64,000 bases of DNA from an uncultured Rhizobium sp. (GCA_964550535.1 CAZJZQ010000001.1:2099-66098), one strand, 5' to 3'; shown: positions 46,304 through 56,299, counted from the first letter of the stretch. Notes: a model not told the origin generated them from the sequence alone. Translations and numbers: made by a program.

Positions 46304-47434
46304 ATGGCCGAGTTCCCCTTTCATATCGACGCCAGTGAAGGCGCGGCTCGCACGGGACGCCTCGCGACACCGCGTGGCGACATCAGCACGCCCGCCTTTA
46401 TGCCGATTGGCACCGCTGGAACAGTAAAGGCGCTTTACGTCGATCAGGTGCGCACGAGCGGCGCCGACATCATTCTTGGCAACACCTACCACCTGATGCT
46501 GCGTCCCACGGCGGAGCGCGTCCATCGGCTGGGCGGGCTCCATCGCTTCATGCGGTGGCCGCATCCCATTCTTACTGATTCCGGCGGCTTTCAGGTCTTC
46601 TCCTTGTCGAGCCTCCGCAAGATGAAGGAAGAAGGTGTCGAGTTTCGCTCGCACCTCGATGGGGCGAAGCATTTCCTGTCGCCGGAACGTTCCATTGAGA
46701 TCCAGTCCGATCTTCTGGGCTCGGACATTGCGATGCAGCTGGACGAATGCGTCGGCAATCCCTGCGAACGTCCCGAAGCAGAGGCCGCGATGCGTCTGTC
46801 GCTGCGTTGGGGCGAGCGCTCGAAGGCGGCATTCGGGACACGTGATACACAAAGCCTGTTCGGGATTGTCCAAGGCTCAACCTATCCTGATCTGCGGCGT
46901 GAAAGTGCGCAGCGTGTCGTTGAGACCGGTTTTGACGGCTATGCCATAGGTGGCCTGGCGGTGGGCGAGGGCCACGACGCCATGTGCGACGCCGTGGAGA
47001 TCACTGCGCCTCTGCTTCCGTGGGAGCGGCCCCGATACCTTATGGGAGTGGGCAAGCCGATTGATCTGGTGGAGTGCATCGCGCGCGGCATCGACATGTT
47101 CGATTGCGTGTTGCCGACGCGCTCTGGGCGCCATGGGCAGGCGTGGACGTGGGACGGCCCGCTCAACATGAAGAATGCGCGGTTTGCTGACGACGACGCC
47201 CCGCTGTATCCCGGCTCAGACTGCCCGGCCAGCCGCGACTATTCGAAAGCTTATCTGCATCACCTGTTCAAGGCGGGGGAGTATCTCGGGCCGATGCTTC
47301 TGTCCTGGCACAACGTCGCGTTCTTTCAGGCGCTGATGAAGGCTTGCCGCGACGCAATCGCCGAAGGGCGGTTCGAGCAACTCAGAAGCGAACTGAAAGC
47401 CCGTTGGCGGGGAGCGGATGTTCAGTCCGGCTGA
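46304..47434 (+). CDS. tgt: tRNA-guanine (queuine) transglycosylase
   Basis: ...[14 protein letters not shown]...LGNTYHL...[11 protein letters not shown]...GGLAVGE...DCVLPTR. Confidence 0.95.
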   Translation: MAEFPFHIDASEGAARTGRLATPRGDISTPAFMPIGTAGTVKALYVDQVRTSGADIILGNTYHLMLRPTAERVHRLGGLHRFMRWPHPILTDSGGFQVFSLSSLRKMKEEGVEFRSHLDGAKHFLSPERSIEIQSDLLGSDIAMQLDECVGNPCERPEAEAAMRLSLRWGERSKAAFGTRDTQSLFGIVQGSTYPDLRRESAQRVVETGFDGYAIGGLAVGEGHDAMCDAVEITAPLLPWERPRYLMGVGKPIDLVECIARGIDMFDCVLPTRSGRHGQAWTWDGPLNMKNARFADDDAPLYPGSDCPASRDYSKAYLHHLFKAGEYLGPMLLSWHNVAFFQALMKACRDAIAEGRFEQLRSELKARWRGADVQSG

Positions 47435-48030
47435 GCGCCGCGATACTGGATGCGTGATTTGCCTGCCTGTGTCGTGCCGGCCGATGGATCCGGTGCGGCA
47501 GGCGGCGCGCAGCCAAGCGCCGCCCCGATACCCTTCAGATAGGCCCGCCGCTGGATACCTCTTTCATAAGCGTCCCGCATGCGCCGCTCCCAGGCCGTGG
47601 CGCCGGATATCTGACGCACCACGGACCGGAACGGGATGATGTCCGTCATCGTGGAGGACACCGTGTCGAGCGCAAAGTCGGCCGCTTGGTCGCCAAGTTG
47701 CTGTCCCACCGTATCTTTCGGACCGGGCAGGGCGTCGGAATCGGGTCCAAGGACGCTTGTGAGGGCGCTTACGTCGGCAGCAATCGCGCCGCAGGTGAGT
47801 ACTTTAACCGGTTCATAGGGTGAGACGATAACGTCCAGCACGGGTGGAATCTGCGTGCGCCGGAGGTTCAGGTCGTTCAGCGGGGTAAGGGCCGCATCAT
47901 CGATTCCCGCGGTCGTCTTGTTCACGGCGCGGGAGAATCCATCGTCCCGCTTCGGGGCCCCGGAGGAGCACCCAGCCAGCAGAGCCGGTGCGGCAAGGAG
48001 CCCCCCGAGGGCGACTGTGATGCGCAGCAT
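47422..48030 (-). CDS. hypothetical lipoprotein
   Basis: [21 protein letters not shown] lipobox, 202 aa. Its 3' end overlaps the tgt 3' end by 13 nt (convergent). Confidence 0.6.
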   Translation of the reverse strand: MLRITVALGGLLAAPALLAGCSSGAPKRDDGFSRAVNKTTAGIDDAALTPLNDLNLRRTQIPPVLDVIVSPYEPVKVLTCGAIAADVSALTSVLGPDSDALPGPKDTVGQQLGDQAADFALDTVSSTMTDIIPFRSVVRQISGATAWERRMRDAYERGIQRRAYLKGIGAALGCAPPAAPDPSAGTTQAGKSRIQYRGAQPD

Positions 48031-48125
48031 GGCCGGTTCCTCCTGAAGAAACCGGATATATTACAGGCTTGCCCAGGGTGCGACGCCGGAGTGCAGAAAT
48101 TCTGGCGGCGGGCCAATATCCTTCG

Positions 48126-48154
48126 TTGACCCCAGCGGAATCGCCAACTAGGTT
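48126..48154 (+). promoter_or_regulatory. candidate sigma70-type promoter for tRNA-Lys
   Basis: TTGACC - 17 nt - TAGGTT, with the -10 element ending 14 nt before the mature tRNA 5' end. This is a pattern match only. Confidence 0.3.
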
Positions 48155-48168
48155 CCGCCGCTCTGCGA

Positions 48169-48244
48169 GAGCCGGTAGCTCAGTTGGTAGAGCACCTGAC
48201 TTTTAATCAGGTGGTCCCGGGTTCGACCCCCGGCCGGCTCACCA
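48169..48244 (+). tRNA. trnK: tRNA-Lys (anticodon UUU)
   Basis: GAGCCGGTAGCTCAGTTGGTAGAGCACCTGACTTTTAATCAGGTGGTCCCGGGTTCGACCCCCGGCCGGCTCACCA forms a cloverleaf with anticodon loop CTTTTAA and encoded CCA. Confidence 0.95.
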
Positions 48245-48380
48245 CGCACCTTCCTGTACCAGTTCGATATCGAGTTGTTCACAGGCGGGCGTGTGTTGAG
48301 GTCTCGCACAGGCTCAGGCCAGTCATGGCCATAATCAGGAAATCCACGCCGTTTCGCCGTGCTTGCGGATGGTGGCATAG

Positions 48381-48671
48381 TCTGCTCCCGCGCCGCCGGA
48401 TCGGGTGGATGTTCGCGGCGCCCTTTCCGCTGGCACAGGCCTGACCTGGAGCGCGGCGCCTAGCGCCGCCAGCTACCGCGTATGGTGGCGAGATACGACC
48501 AGCCCGCAATGGACCAATGTCCGGCAAGTTGGTGGAAGCGAAACATCGACGACGACGCCGGGCGTCGTCGTCGATGACTGGTTCTTCGGCGTCCCGCCGG
48601 TTTCGGCCGATGGATATGAGAGCCCGCTCCGGTTCGCGGGGCCGGTCGGCGCCTTCTTCTCCGGCGAGTGA
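48381..48671 (+). pseudogene. orphan C-terminal fragment of an FN3-like domain (gene remnant)
   Basis: The open frame from 48381 reads ...GLTWSAAPSAASYRVWWRDTTSPQWTNVRQVGGSETSTTTPGVVVDDWFFGVPPVSADGYESPLRFAG. It has no signal peptide, no SD and no plausible N-terminus, and an in-frame stop lies at 48378. Confidence 0.4.
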
Positions 48672-48675
48672 GCGG

Positions 48676-50604
48676 TTATCTCGGCGCGAGAATGTCATCG
48701 AGAAGCGCAGGCTTGCCTTCGATCCTCTCAAGCTTCGGGTATTTAAGTCCGCCGGTATAGTTGATCTTCACCGGGCGGATCCTGTCGCCGACACGCACTG
48801 TCAGATCGACGGAAGACTTGCCGCTGGCCGTCTCGGCAATCGCTTCCTTCAGGCGGTCGGCGGTGTAGGTGCGGCCATTTACGCTGACGATTGTTCCTGC
48901 CGTGGAAAGGCCGGCGTTGAACGCGGGACCTTCCCACATCACGTTAGTGATGTCGCCGGCAGCGCTCGCCGTCAGTCCGATTGAGTAGCTATGGTTGGCG
49001 GCCCGGGTTCGTGCTTCCGTCGTCGCCTGAACACTGTTCGGCCTGTCCTGATAGACGAGCCGGTAGCCGCCACGTTCGATGCCGTCGAGCGGGGCTTGCG
49101 GCGCCACCGCATCGACCCGTCCGCGCAGGAACCCGCTCCAGTCCATGCGGTCAACTGAACTCAGCGCGTCCGTTAGATCTTCGAACGTGTAGGTGAGCTG
49201 CCCCCAGTCGCCGTCATTCATGCCGAAGAAGGTGCGGGCGAAATCATCGAGAGAACGCTTCCCGCCCGTTCGCTCACGAATAAGCGTATCGACATCCAGC
49301 CAGATGAGCAGTCCCTCGGAATAGTAGTCCTCGCTACGCTGCCAGGAACTCCAGGGCAGCGAGCGCCTCGCCGCGATTACAGGGTCCTGCACAGTGTCGC
49401 TGAGCGGCCGCCAGTTACGCCCCGTGCGGGTCTGGTAGAGCGCCGCCGTATTCGCCATCGTATCCAGCGCCTGTTGCCTGGTCACAAAGCCGGAGCGGGC
49501 CGCCAGCACATGCCCCCAGTATTGTGTCTGTCCTTCATAAACCCACAGCAGGCTGCCGCGCATGGGCGTGTTATAGTGCGGCGTCCAAAGATCGGCGGGC
49601 CGCCGGTATTTCCCATTCCACGAGTGCACATACTCATGCGCCAGCAGGTCCTTCGAGATAAAGGCCGAGTTCCAGGCTGTGAAATATCCCGATGTCACGC
49701 CATTGCTGCTGGAGCGCTGGTGCTCGATGCCGGATGTGGCGAGCACGTCGCTGACCGAGAGCAGAAAATCATAGTGGTCGAAGTGGCGGGCGCCGAACAA
49801 TTTGTCGGCTTGAACCACAAGCGTCCGCAAAGTCCGGATTGCATCATCGGACGCAGCGACCATTTCGGGCGTATCGCCAAACGCGTTGAGGGTCACACGC
49901 GACCGCCCGCCGGGATCGAGATCCCAGGTGAGCATGTTCCGGCCTGCGTAGAGCGGCGAGTCGAGCAGCGTCTCGAAGGACACCGGTTTGAACGTCACGA
50001 TATCTCCCTCGTGCGCCGCCGTTTCCAGCGCCGTCGCAAAGTTCCAACCCTCCGGCAGTTTGAGCGTCACGTCGAAGGGGATGCGGCGAGCATAGTGCCC
50101 AGCGGGATACAGCGCCGTCTGGTACCAGTTCAGCCGCAGCATTTCGGGCGTAACAATGGCGCCGCCCTGCGCTGACTCAATGGGGGTCAGGAATTGCGCT
50201 TCGACATCTATTGACTTTGCGTCAGGCGGGACATCGACATGGAAGGCGTAAACGCTTCCCGGATCGCGCGTCCATGGAAGCGTCTTCCCGTTCGCCGTAA
50301 TCACCAGCCCGGCATAGTTATAGATCGGACCGCGTGGCGCATGGTTGCCGGGGATCCACTCGGGGTAGAGCAGGGTCACGCGCCCGGAGCGAGCGACAGG
50401 GATGGTCTGCCGGATACGCCAGAGCTGCCGTTCCACGTCTGACGTATCGACGTGCAATTGTATGGTTCCGGGATAAGTCACATCGCGCGCAACGGGCAGC
50501 GCAGCGGCGGCCGGAGCCGGCCGGGGCTCACTGTTTACAGCCTGGCCAGTCGCAGGAGCCGCAAGGGCGATCAGGAAAGTGAAGGCGGCAATGATCGTTT
50601 TCAC
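48676..50604 (-). CDS. M61-family glycyl aminopeptidase with C-terminal PDZ domain (secreted)
   Basis: Signal peptide MKTIIAAFTFLIALAAPATGQA. HExxH zinc site LAHEYVHSWNGKYRRP. PDZ-like C-terminus ...GLSTAGTIVSVNG. Confidence 0.9.
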   Translation of the reverse strand: MKTIIAAFTFLIALAAPATGQAVNSEPRPAPAAAALPVARDVTYPGTIQLHVDTSDVERQLWRIRQTIPVARSGRVTLLYPEWIPGNHAPRGPIYNYAGLVITANGKTLPWTRDPGSVYAFHVDVPPDAKSIDVEAQFLTPIESAQGGAIVTPEMLRLNWYQTALYPAGHYARRIPFDVTLKLPEGWNFATALETAAHEGDIVTFKPVSFETLLDSPLYAGRNMLTWDLDPGGRSRVTLNAFGDTPEMVAASDDAIRTLRTLVVQADKLFGARHFDHYDFLLSVSDVLATSGIEHQRSSSNGVTSGYFTAWNSAFISKDLLAHEYVHSWNGKYRRPADLWTPHYNTPMRGSLLWVYEGQTQYWGHVLAARSGFVTRQQALDTMANTAALYQTRTGRNWRPLSDTVQDPVIAARRSLPWSSWQRSEDYYSEGLLIWLDVDTLIRERTGGKRSLDDFARTFFGMNDGDWGQLTYTFEDLTDALSSVDRMDWSGFLRGRVDAVAPQAPLDGIERGGYRLVYQDRPNSVQATTEARTRAANHSYSIGLTASAAGDITNVMWEGPAFNAGLSTAGTIVSVNGRTYTADRLKEAIAETASGKSSVDLTVRVGDRIRPVKINYTGGLKYPKLERIEGKPALLDDILAPR

Positions 50605-50786
50605 GGTGGTTGCGGTCCTCTGGCGTGCCGGACATGAAATTGATCCGACCGCGCCGCCCCTGACAACCTCTAACAGCGGTCAGAGGGGCGCCGCCCACTG
50701 GAACCCATACGGATTCTGGGGCACTTACGGCGCAGACACCGGAACGGACGGCTGAAAACAGCTGCGGCGGGGCGAGGGAGACGCAA

Positions 50787-52442
50787 ATGGAAGTCGGTAC
50801 TGGGCGGGATGAAAAGCCCGCGCCGTCCATGCGGACGGTCGTGTTGGCGTCTTCCACCGGAACGGCTTTCGAATGGTACGACTTCTTCATCTATGGCGCG
50901 TTGGCGCCGGTGATCGCCCGAAACTTCTTTTCAGGGCTGGATGAAACTTCGGGCCTCATCGCGGCTCTTGCACTGTTCGCCGCCGGCTTTCTTTTCCGCC
51001 CGCTCGGTGCATTGATTTTCGGCTGGCTGGGCGACCGGTTCGGGCGCAAGGGGGCATTCCTCGCGACCGTCGTGATCATGGGCGGCGCAACCTTCGCCAT
51101 TGGCCTTCTGCCCACCTATGATCAGGCCGGTCCGGTCGGCACAATTCTACTTATCATCATCCGCATCCTGCAGGGGCTCGCGCTCGGCGGAGAATATGGC
51201 GGCGCAGCGATCTACGTGGCCGAGCATGCGTCGCCCCAACGGCGAGGCATGTCCACCGGCTGGATCCAGGCGTCGGCGGCGTTCGGCCTTCTCGGCGCGC
51301 AAGGCGTCGTTCTGCTGACCCGCCTCTATATGGGGGAGGAAACGTTCGTCGACTGGGGATGGCGTATCCCGTTCCTGGTCTCCATCGCCCTGCTGGCCAT
51401 CTCCATCTGGATGCGCATGAAACTGAAGGAGAGCCCGGAGTTCGAACGGGCGCGAAAGGAAAACCGGCTCAGCCAGGCGCCATTCCGGGACGTGTTCCTG
51501 AAATGGAAAAACCTGAAAATCGTGCTGATTGCGCTGCTGTCGATTACTGGCGCGCAGGGCGCCATCTGGTGGTGCACCTTCTCATATTCGCAGATTTTTC
51601 TTGAAACGACGATGAAGATCCAGCCGCTGTTCGCCAACATCGCGCTTGGCGTCGCCACGCTGATCAGCATCCCGCTCTATGTGTTCTTCGCTTGGCTTTC
51701 AGACAAGATCGGGCGCAAGCCGGTGATCCTGCTCGGTATCGGTCTTGCCGTCGTCGCCATCTTCCCGTCCTTTCAGACGATGGCGCGCGGCGCCAATCCG
51801 GTGCTGTTCGAGGCCATCGATGAGACGCCGGTTACGGTGACCGCTGACCCCGCGACTTGCTCTTTCCAGTTCGACATTCTCGGCCGCGCCAAATGGACAA
51901 CAGGCTGCGATATCGCCCGCAATGCATTGCGGGGCGCAGGCGTCGCTTATGATACGGTCGATGCCCCGGCGGGGCAGGTGGCCGAAGTGCATGTCGGCGC
52001 CGCAATCGTTCCGGCCCCCGATGCTTCAGGCACCGGCGCTTCCGGCACGGCTGCAAAAATCACGGCAGAGGTGCGGGCCGCCCTCGCCGACGCGGGTTAT
52101 CCTGCGCGTGCGAGGGATGAGCAGATCAACTGGCCGCTGATCGCGCTGGGGCTGTGCTTCATGGTGGTCGCGGCGACCGCGCTCTATGGGCCACAGGCTG
52201 CTGCACTGGTTGAACTCTTCCCCACGCGCGTCCGCTATACAGCCCTGTCCGTGCCGTATCATGTCGGTGTCGGTTGGGTTGGCGGGTTCATGCCGGTCAC
52301 AGGTGTCGCACTGGTGGCTGCGACGGGCGATCTGTTCGCCGGTCTTTGGTATCTGATCTTTTTCGCGGTCATCAGCTTTGTTGCATGCCTGTTCATGTTC
52401 CCGGAGACTCGCGGCCGGGATCTGAGGGCGGACGAGCACTGA
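50787..52442 (+). CDS. MFS transporter, metabolite:H+ symporter (MHS) family, with a ~118-aa insertion in loop 9-10
   Basis: GTAFEWYDFFIYGALAP, GWLGDRFGRKG, LSDKIGRKP. The start may be MRTVV (50829). Confidence 0.85.
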   Translation: MEVGTGRDEKPAPSMRTVVLASSTGTAFEWYDFFIYGALAPVIARNFFSGLDETSGLIAALALFAAGFLFRPLGALIFGWLGDRFGRKGAFLATVVIMGGATFAIGLLPTYDQAGPVGTILLIIIRILQGLALGGEYGGAAIYVAEHASPQRRGMSTGWIQASAAFGLLGAQGVVLLTRLYMGEETFVDWGWRIPFLVSIALLAISIWMRMKLKESPEFERARKENRLSQAPFRDVFLKWKNLKIVLIALLSITGAQGAIWWCTFSYSQIFLETTMKIQPLFANIALGVATLISIPLYVFFAWLSDKIGRKPVILLGIGLAVVAIFPSFQTMARGANPVLFEAIDETPVTVTADPATCSFQFDILGRAKWTTGCDIARNALRGAGVAYDTVDAPAGQVAEVHVGAAIVPAPDASGTGASGTAAKITAEVRAALADAGYPARARDEQINWPLIALGLCFMVVAATALYGPQAAALVELFPTRVRYTALSVPYHVGVGWVGGFMPVTGVALVAATGDLFAGLWYLIFFAVISFVACLFMFPETRGRDLRADEH

Positions 52443-52447
52443 GACCG

Positions 52448-53863
52448 TTATCGCGCAGACGCTTTCGGCTGGTCGGCCAGCGGAATAAAAACGCTGGCTC
52501 GTAACCCGCCTCCCGGCCGGTTCTCAAGACGCAATTCGCCGCCATGGGTACGCGCAACCGCGTCGGCGATGGCGAGACCCAGCCCGGCGCCGCCCGTCCT
52601 GCGGCTGCGCGAGTCATCGCCGCGTACAAACGGCCGGGTGACGTTGGCCAATGCGTCGGACGTCATGCCAGGTCCGTTGTCGTCGATGGTGACAACCGCC
52701 CTGTCGCCATCGGGCTGGATCGAAAGCGATGCTGAGCCTGCGTAGGTCAGCGCATTGTCGATCAGATTGCGCAACAGGCGGCGGAAGAGCACCGGCCGGC
52801 ATGCGGCGGGTGTCCGTTGCTTGACGGCAAGTTCAACTGCCGCGCCCGTCTCGGTATAGTCCTCCACCATGTCTTCAACGAGGACCGCGAGATCAATCAT
52901 CTGCACCGGCTCCGCTGACCGGCCCCGGCGGGCAAGTTCGAGAATATCGTCCAAGAGCTGCGCGGCTTCTTCGATTGTACGTATCGCCTTCTGACGCTCG
53001 GATGCGGGCTCCATCGACTCGACCCGTATGCGCAGCGAAGCGAGTGGTGTCCGGAGATCATGCCCAAGAGCCCCAAGCATGACGTCCTTCTCCTTGAGCA
53101 ACTGGCTCACGCGTCGCGTCATTGCGTTGAATGCTTCGAGCGTTTGCTGAACATCGCTGGGGCCTTGCAGTTGCACCTCGCCTGGCTCGGCGTCCGAACC
53201 CACGCGCGCCGCCGCGGCCGCCATGTCCTTCAGAGGCCGTGACAGGCGGGCCGCAAACCAAAGCGATGCGCCCAGAACGGCCGCGAAAAGAATGAAAGTG
53301 TACCCTGCCAGCCGGACCACTTCACCGCGAGGCGGCTCCGGGCTGAAGAAAGCCGCGTTCACCCACCGCCCATCGGGTAACTGAGCGGACATAACGACCT
53401 CATTGCCGCGTCGTATCTCTCCGCCGGCAGGCGAAGGGCGGGTGCTTTCGAGCCGGCTGGTTCCCCCGGCAGGGGGCATCCGTGGTCTGTCGGGCCGTAC
53501 TGCCGGCGTAATGGCTGCACGGATATCGACTGGCGCATCACCGGACTGGTTGAACGCGTTCCGCAAGCGTCCTTCCAGCTTGCTGTTGCGCGGCAGGTCA
53601 CGCTCATCGATCATGTTGCGTTCGGCTATGCTGAACCGGGTTCCGCCACGACCGAACGCGGCCGCTCTCTGGGATGGCGGGTTGGCGTATATGTCGTGCG
53701 TCAGGTCAACGAAACGGGCCATCGCGGGGCCCGTCGCTTCGATCATGGCGGCGCGCGAACGCTCGGAAACCAGGAGCAAAAAGTTCACAAGGCTTGCCGC
53801 CAGCAAAGCGATCGCCATCACGAGGGCCATCTGGCCAAACAGATTGCGCGGTAGGATACGCAT
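52448..53863 (-). CDS. sensor histidine kinase (2 TM, periplasmic ~150-aa sensor, HAMP, HisKA, HATPase_c)
   Basis: H-box MLGALGHDLRTPLASLRIRVE, and NLIDNALTYA...DNGPGM...GLGLAIAD. ATG 53863 shares 1 nt with the regulator stop (TGATG); GTG 53866 is also possible. Confidence 0.85.
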   Translation of the reverse strand: MRILPRNLFGQMALVMAIALLAASLVNFLLLVSERSRAAMIEATGPAMARFVDLTHDIYANPPSQRAAAFGRGGTRFSIAERNMIDERDLPRNSKLEGRLRNAFNQSGDAPVDIRAAITPAVRPDRPRMPPAGGTSRLESTRPSPAGGEIRRGNEVVMSAQLPDGRWVNAAFFSPEPPRGEVVRLAGYTFILFAAVLGASLWFAARLSRPLKDMAAAAARVGSDAEPGEVQLQGPSDVQQTLEAFNAMTRRVSQLLKEKDVMLGALGHDLRTPLASLRIRVESMEPASERQKAIRTIEEAAQLLDDILELARRGRSAEPVQMIDLAVLVEDMVEDYTETGAAVELAVKQRTPAACRPVLFRRLLRNLIDNALTYAGSASLSIQPDGDRAVVTIDDNGPGMTSDALANVTRPFVRGDDSRSRRTGGAGLGLAIADAVARTHGGELRLENRPGGGLRASVFIPLADQPKASAR

Positions 53864-54576
53864 CACAGCTGCCGCACTTCTATCGCGAATGAATATCCGC
53901 CGCCCCAGACAGTTTTGATATAGCGTGGGTTCTTGGCGTCGGTTTCGATCTTGCGGCGCAAGCGGCTGATCTGATTGTCGATGCTGCGGTCGAAAACGCC
54001 AGCATCGCGGCCTTGGGTAATGTCGAGAAGCTGATCTCGGGTCAGCACGATCCGCGGCCGCTCCAGCAGCGCTAACAGCAAGCTGTATTCGCCAGTGGAG
54101 AGCGGCACGCTCAAACCGTCCGCTCCCACCAGTTCACGTTCACCCGTTTTCAGGACCCAGTCGCCAAACGCGTAGTTAGGACTATCCCCTGGCATCTGTT
54201 TCGGCGGCAGACTGTTCGCCCGGCGCAGCACAGCCTTCACGCGCGCGAGCAGTTCTCTCGGCGAAAACGGTTTCACCACATAGTCGTCGGCTCCAACTTC
54301 GAGCCCCAGAATGCGGTCCAGTTCTTCGGATCTGGCCGTGAGCAGGATCACAGGCTGATTGCTGGTCGCGCGGATGTGCCGGCAGAGGCTCAGCCCATCT
54401 TCCCCCGGCATCATGATGTCCGCAATCACGAGATCGTAAGCGCCTACCGATAGCAACTGCCGCGCCTCGGAGGCGTCTCGCGCGCCTCTGACGCGAAACT
54501 GGTTGTTCTCGAAATACTCGACCAGCGGATCGCGGATCGAGGCTTCGTCTTCGACAATCAAGATGTTGTGGGACAT
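53863..54576 (-). CDS. OmpR-family response regulator
   Basis: ILIVEDEASIRDPL...DLVIADIMMPGEDG...ILLTARSE...DDYVVKPF plus NQISRLRRKIE...TVWGGGYSF. Confidence 0.9.
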   Translation of the reverse strand: MSHNILIVEDEASIRDPLVEYFENNQFRVRGARDASEARQLLSVGAYDLVIADIMMPGEDGLSLCRHIRATSNQPVILLTARSEELDRILGLEVGADDYVVKPFSPRELLARVKAVLRRANSLPPKQMPGDSPNYAFGDWVLKTGERELVGADGLSVPLSTGEYSLLLALLERPRIVLTRDQLLDITQGRDAGVFDRSIDNQISRLRRKIETDAKNPRYIKTVWGGGYSFAIEVRQL

Positions 54577-54689
54577 GCAGCATCATACCTGAAACGGGAT
54601 GCAGCCTGCGCATCCCCGGTCAAGGATGCAACAGGCTGCGGAGCCGGCGGTGCCGGTCAGGGACGCGGGCCTCAGCCGCCGGCTCTCAA

Positions 54690-55274
54690 TCAGCGGTTAG
54701 GGCGCAGCGCCTGCAACTCGCTGATTGTCACCGTCCCATCCTTGTTGCTGTCTGCGCGGGTGAACGCTTCAGTCGGCCGGACGCTGAACTCCGCAAAGCT
54801 GATCTTTCCGTCACCGTCCGAGTCGCCGCGGGCGGGGCGGTCGCCGGCCTGCTCGCCGCGGCCAGGGCCGCCGGGGCCGCGCATACCGCGCGGGCCATCA
54901 ACGCCGCGTCCGCCCATGCCATTGCGCTTTGACCCAGCATCCAGTTCAGCCTGCGTCAGTTTGCCGTCGCCATCCTTGTCCATGGCCGCAAACCGCTCCG
55001 CCTTGGCCTGCTGTGCATGAGCATCACGGGCCGCCTTCTTTTCTTCGTTGGTCGCGAAGCCATCGCGATTGGTGTCGAGTTCGTTGAAGCGCGCGCGCAA
55101 CGCAGTATCGAACTCCTGCCGGGTAAGCTTCCCGTCGGCATTGGAGTCAAACTGGAGCAACCCGTACCCGGCGGGCCCGCCGGGCCCGGAGCCACGCTGG
55201 GCGATGGCGGCGCTGCCAGCCGTGGCGGCGACGATAACGATGGCGGCGGCGGAAGCAGCAATTCGGCGTTTCAT
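54690..55274 (-). CDS. secreted EF-hand calcium-binding protein (5 EF loops)
   Basis: Signal peptide MKRRIAASAAAIVIVAATAGSAAIA. Loops are DSNADGKLTRQE, DTNRDGFATNEE, DKDGDGKLTQAE, DSDGDGKISFAE and DSNKDGTVTISE. A Gly/Arg-rich linker is present. Confidence 0.85.
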   Translation of the reverse strand: MKRRIAASAAAIVIVAATAGSAAIAQRGSGPGGPAGYGLLQFDSNADGKLTRQEFDTALRARFNELDTNRDGFATNEEKKAARDAHAQQAKAERFAAMDKDGDGKLTQAELDAGSKRNGMGGRGVDGPRGMRGPGGPGRGEQAGDRPARGDSDGDGKISFAEFSVRPTEAFTRADSNKDGTVTISELQALRPNR

Positions 55275-55409
55275 CGGATGTTTCCTTTTCCAGCGGCGAG
55301 GGAGCGCCGTTGGAACCTGTCTGACAGATGAGTGTCGCAGGAGTACGCCCGTAAAACCCGTTATTGTCGCAAAGTGTCACCCGCTGGCGCCGCAATAGCG
55401 GCGATGCGC

Positions 55410-56063
55410 CTAGAACCCGAAGGTTTGCGAGAACCAGTCGTAAATGCGCGGGAGGAACGCCACAAATCCGATGGTCACGATAGCAACGGCCAACGTTGCG
55501 GCGATGGAGCCGATTATCCCGATGATGACAATTACGCCATCGCGCTCGGCAAGGCCCATCCCGAGGACGGCGCAGGCGAGCGCTGGAGGAAAATTCCCTC
55601 CCGGCGGCAGCGGCAGGATCAGGATGACGGCCATGATCAGAACCACCAGGCCTACAAGCACCGTTCCCGCAGGCCCCGTCATGAACAGCAATCTGGGCTT
55701 GGCCAGCCGTTCCACCGATTCAAGCCTCCGCTGGATTTTCAGAAGTCCGGCGACCAAAGCCCTCCGGGCGAAACTCTTGCGGGCCATCAACCCAGGCAGC
55801 CACAGTTCCTGCCGGCCCAGAACCATCTGGAGGGACACGATCAGCAGCGCGATCCCGACAATCGTGGGAACGCCCGGCGGCATCGGCAGCACGGAGAACA
55901 GGGAGAATATCAGCACCGCCAGCCCGAACGCCCGGGCGTCCAGCGCATCGGCGATTTCACCCACGCTGATGCGTTCCGCCTCGCCTTCGACGGCGCGCAG
56001 AAGCAGGGCGGAAGTCCGCGCCCCGCCGCCGTGATTCGGCGCTATTGCAGCATCAGTCTCCAT
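55410..56063 (-). CDS. exoD: ExoD-family exopolysaccharide synthesis membrane protein
   Basis: ISVGEIADALDARAFGLAVLIFSLFSVLPMPPGVPTIVGIALLIVSLQMVLGR, the ExoD family pattern. Confidence 0.8.
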   Translation of the reverse strand: METDAAIAPNHGGGARTSALLLRAVEGEAERISVGEIADALDARAFGLAVLIFSLFSVLPMPPGVPTIVGIALLIVSLQMVLGRQELWLPGLMARKSFARRALVAGLLKIQRRLESVERLAKPRLLFMTGPAGTVLVGLVVLIMAVILILPLPPGGNFPPALACAVLGMGLAERDGVIVIIGIIGSIAATLAVAIVTIGFVAFLPRIYDWFSQTFGF

Positions 56064-56299
56064 TCGGAGGCATTTCCCCTGGACGGGCCAGATTTGGGGG
56101 AGGTGGGCGGTTTTTTTAAGCCTCCGGCCAGTCCGATCTGGTCTATCTTGTGGGCGGGAGCCTTCCTTCTGCGCTCAAGCCAAGTCCAGAGCCCATCAGC
56201 GAAATTTCTTGAATGGCGCTTTTTGGTCGCTACTGGTACCCCCTTAACCCCGGTCCGCCCCGACGGTAGAGCGGTCATAGAGCATTTCGAGAGGCGCCC

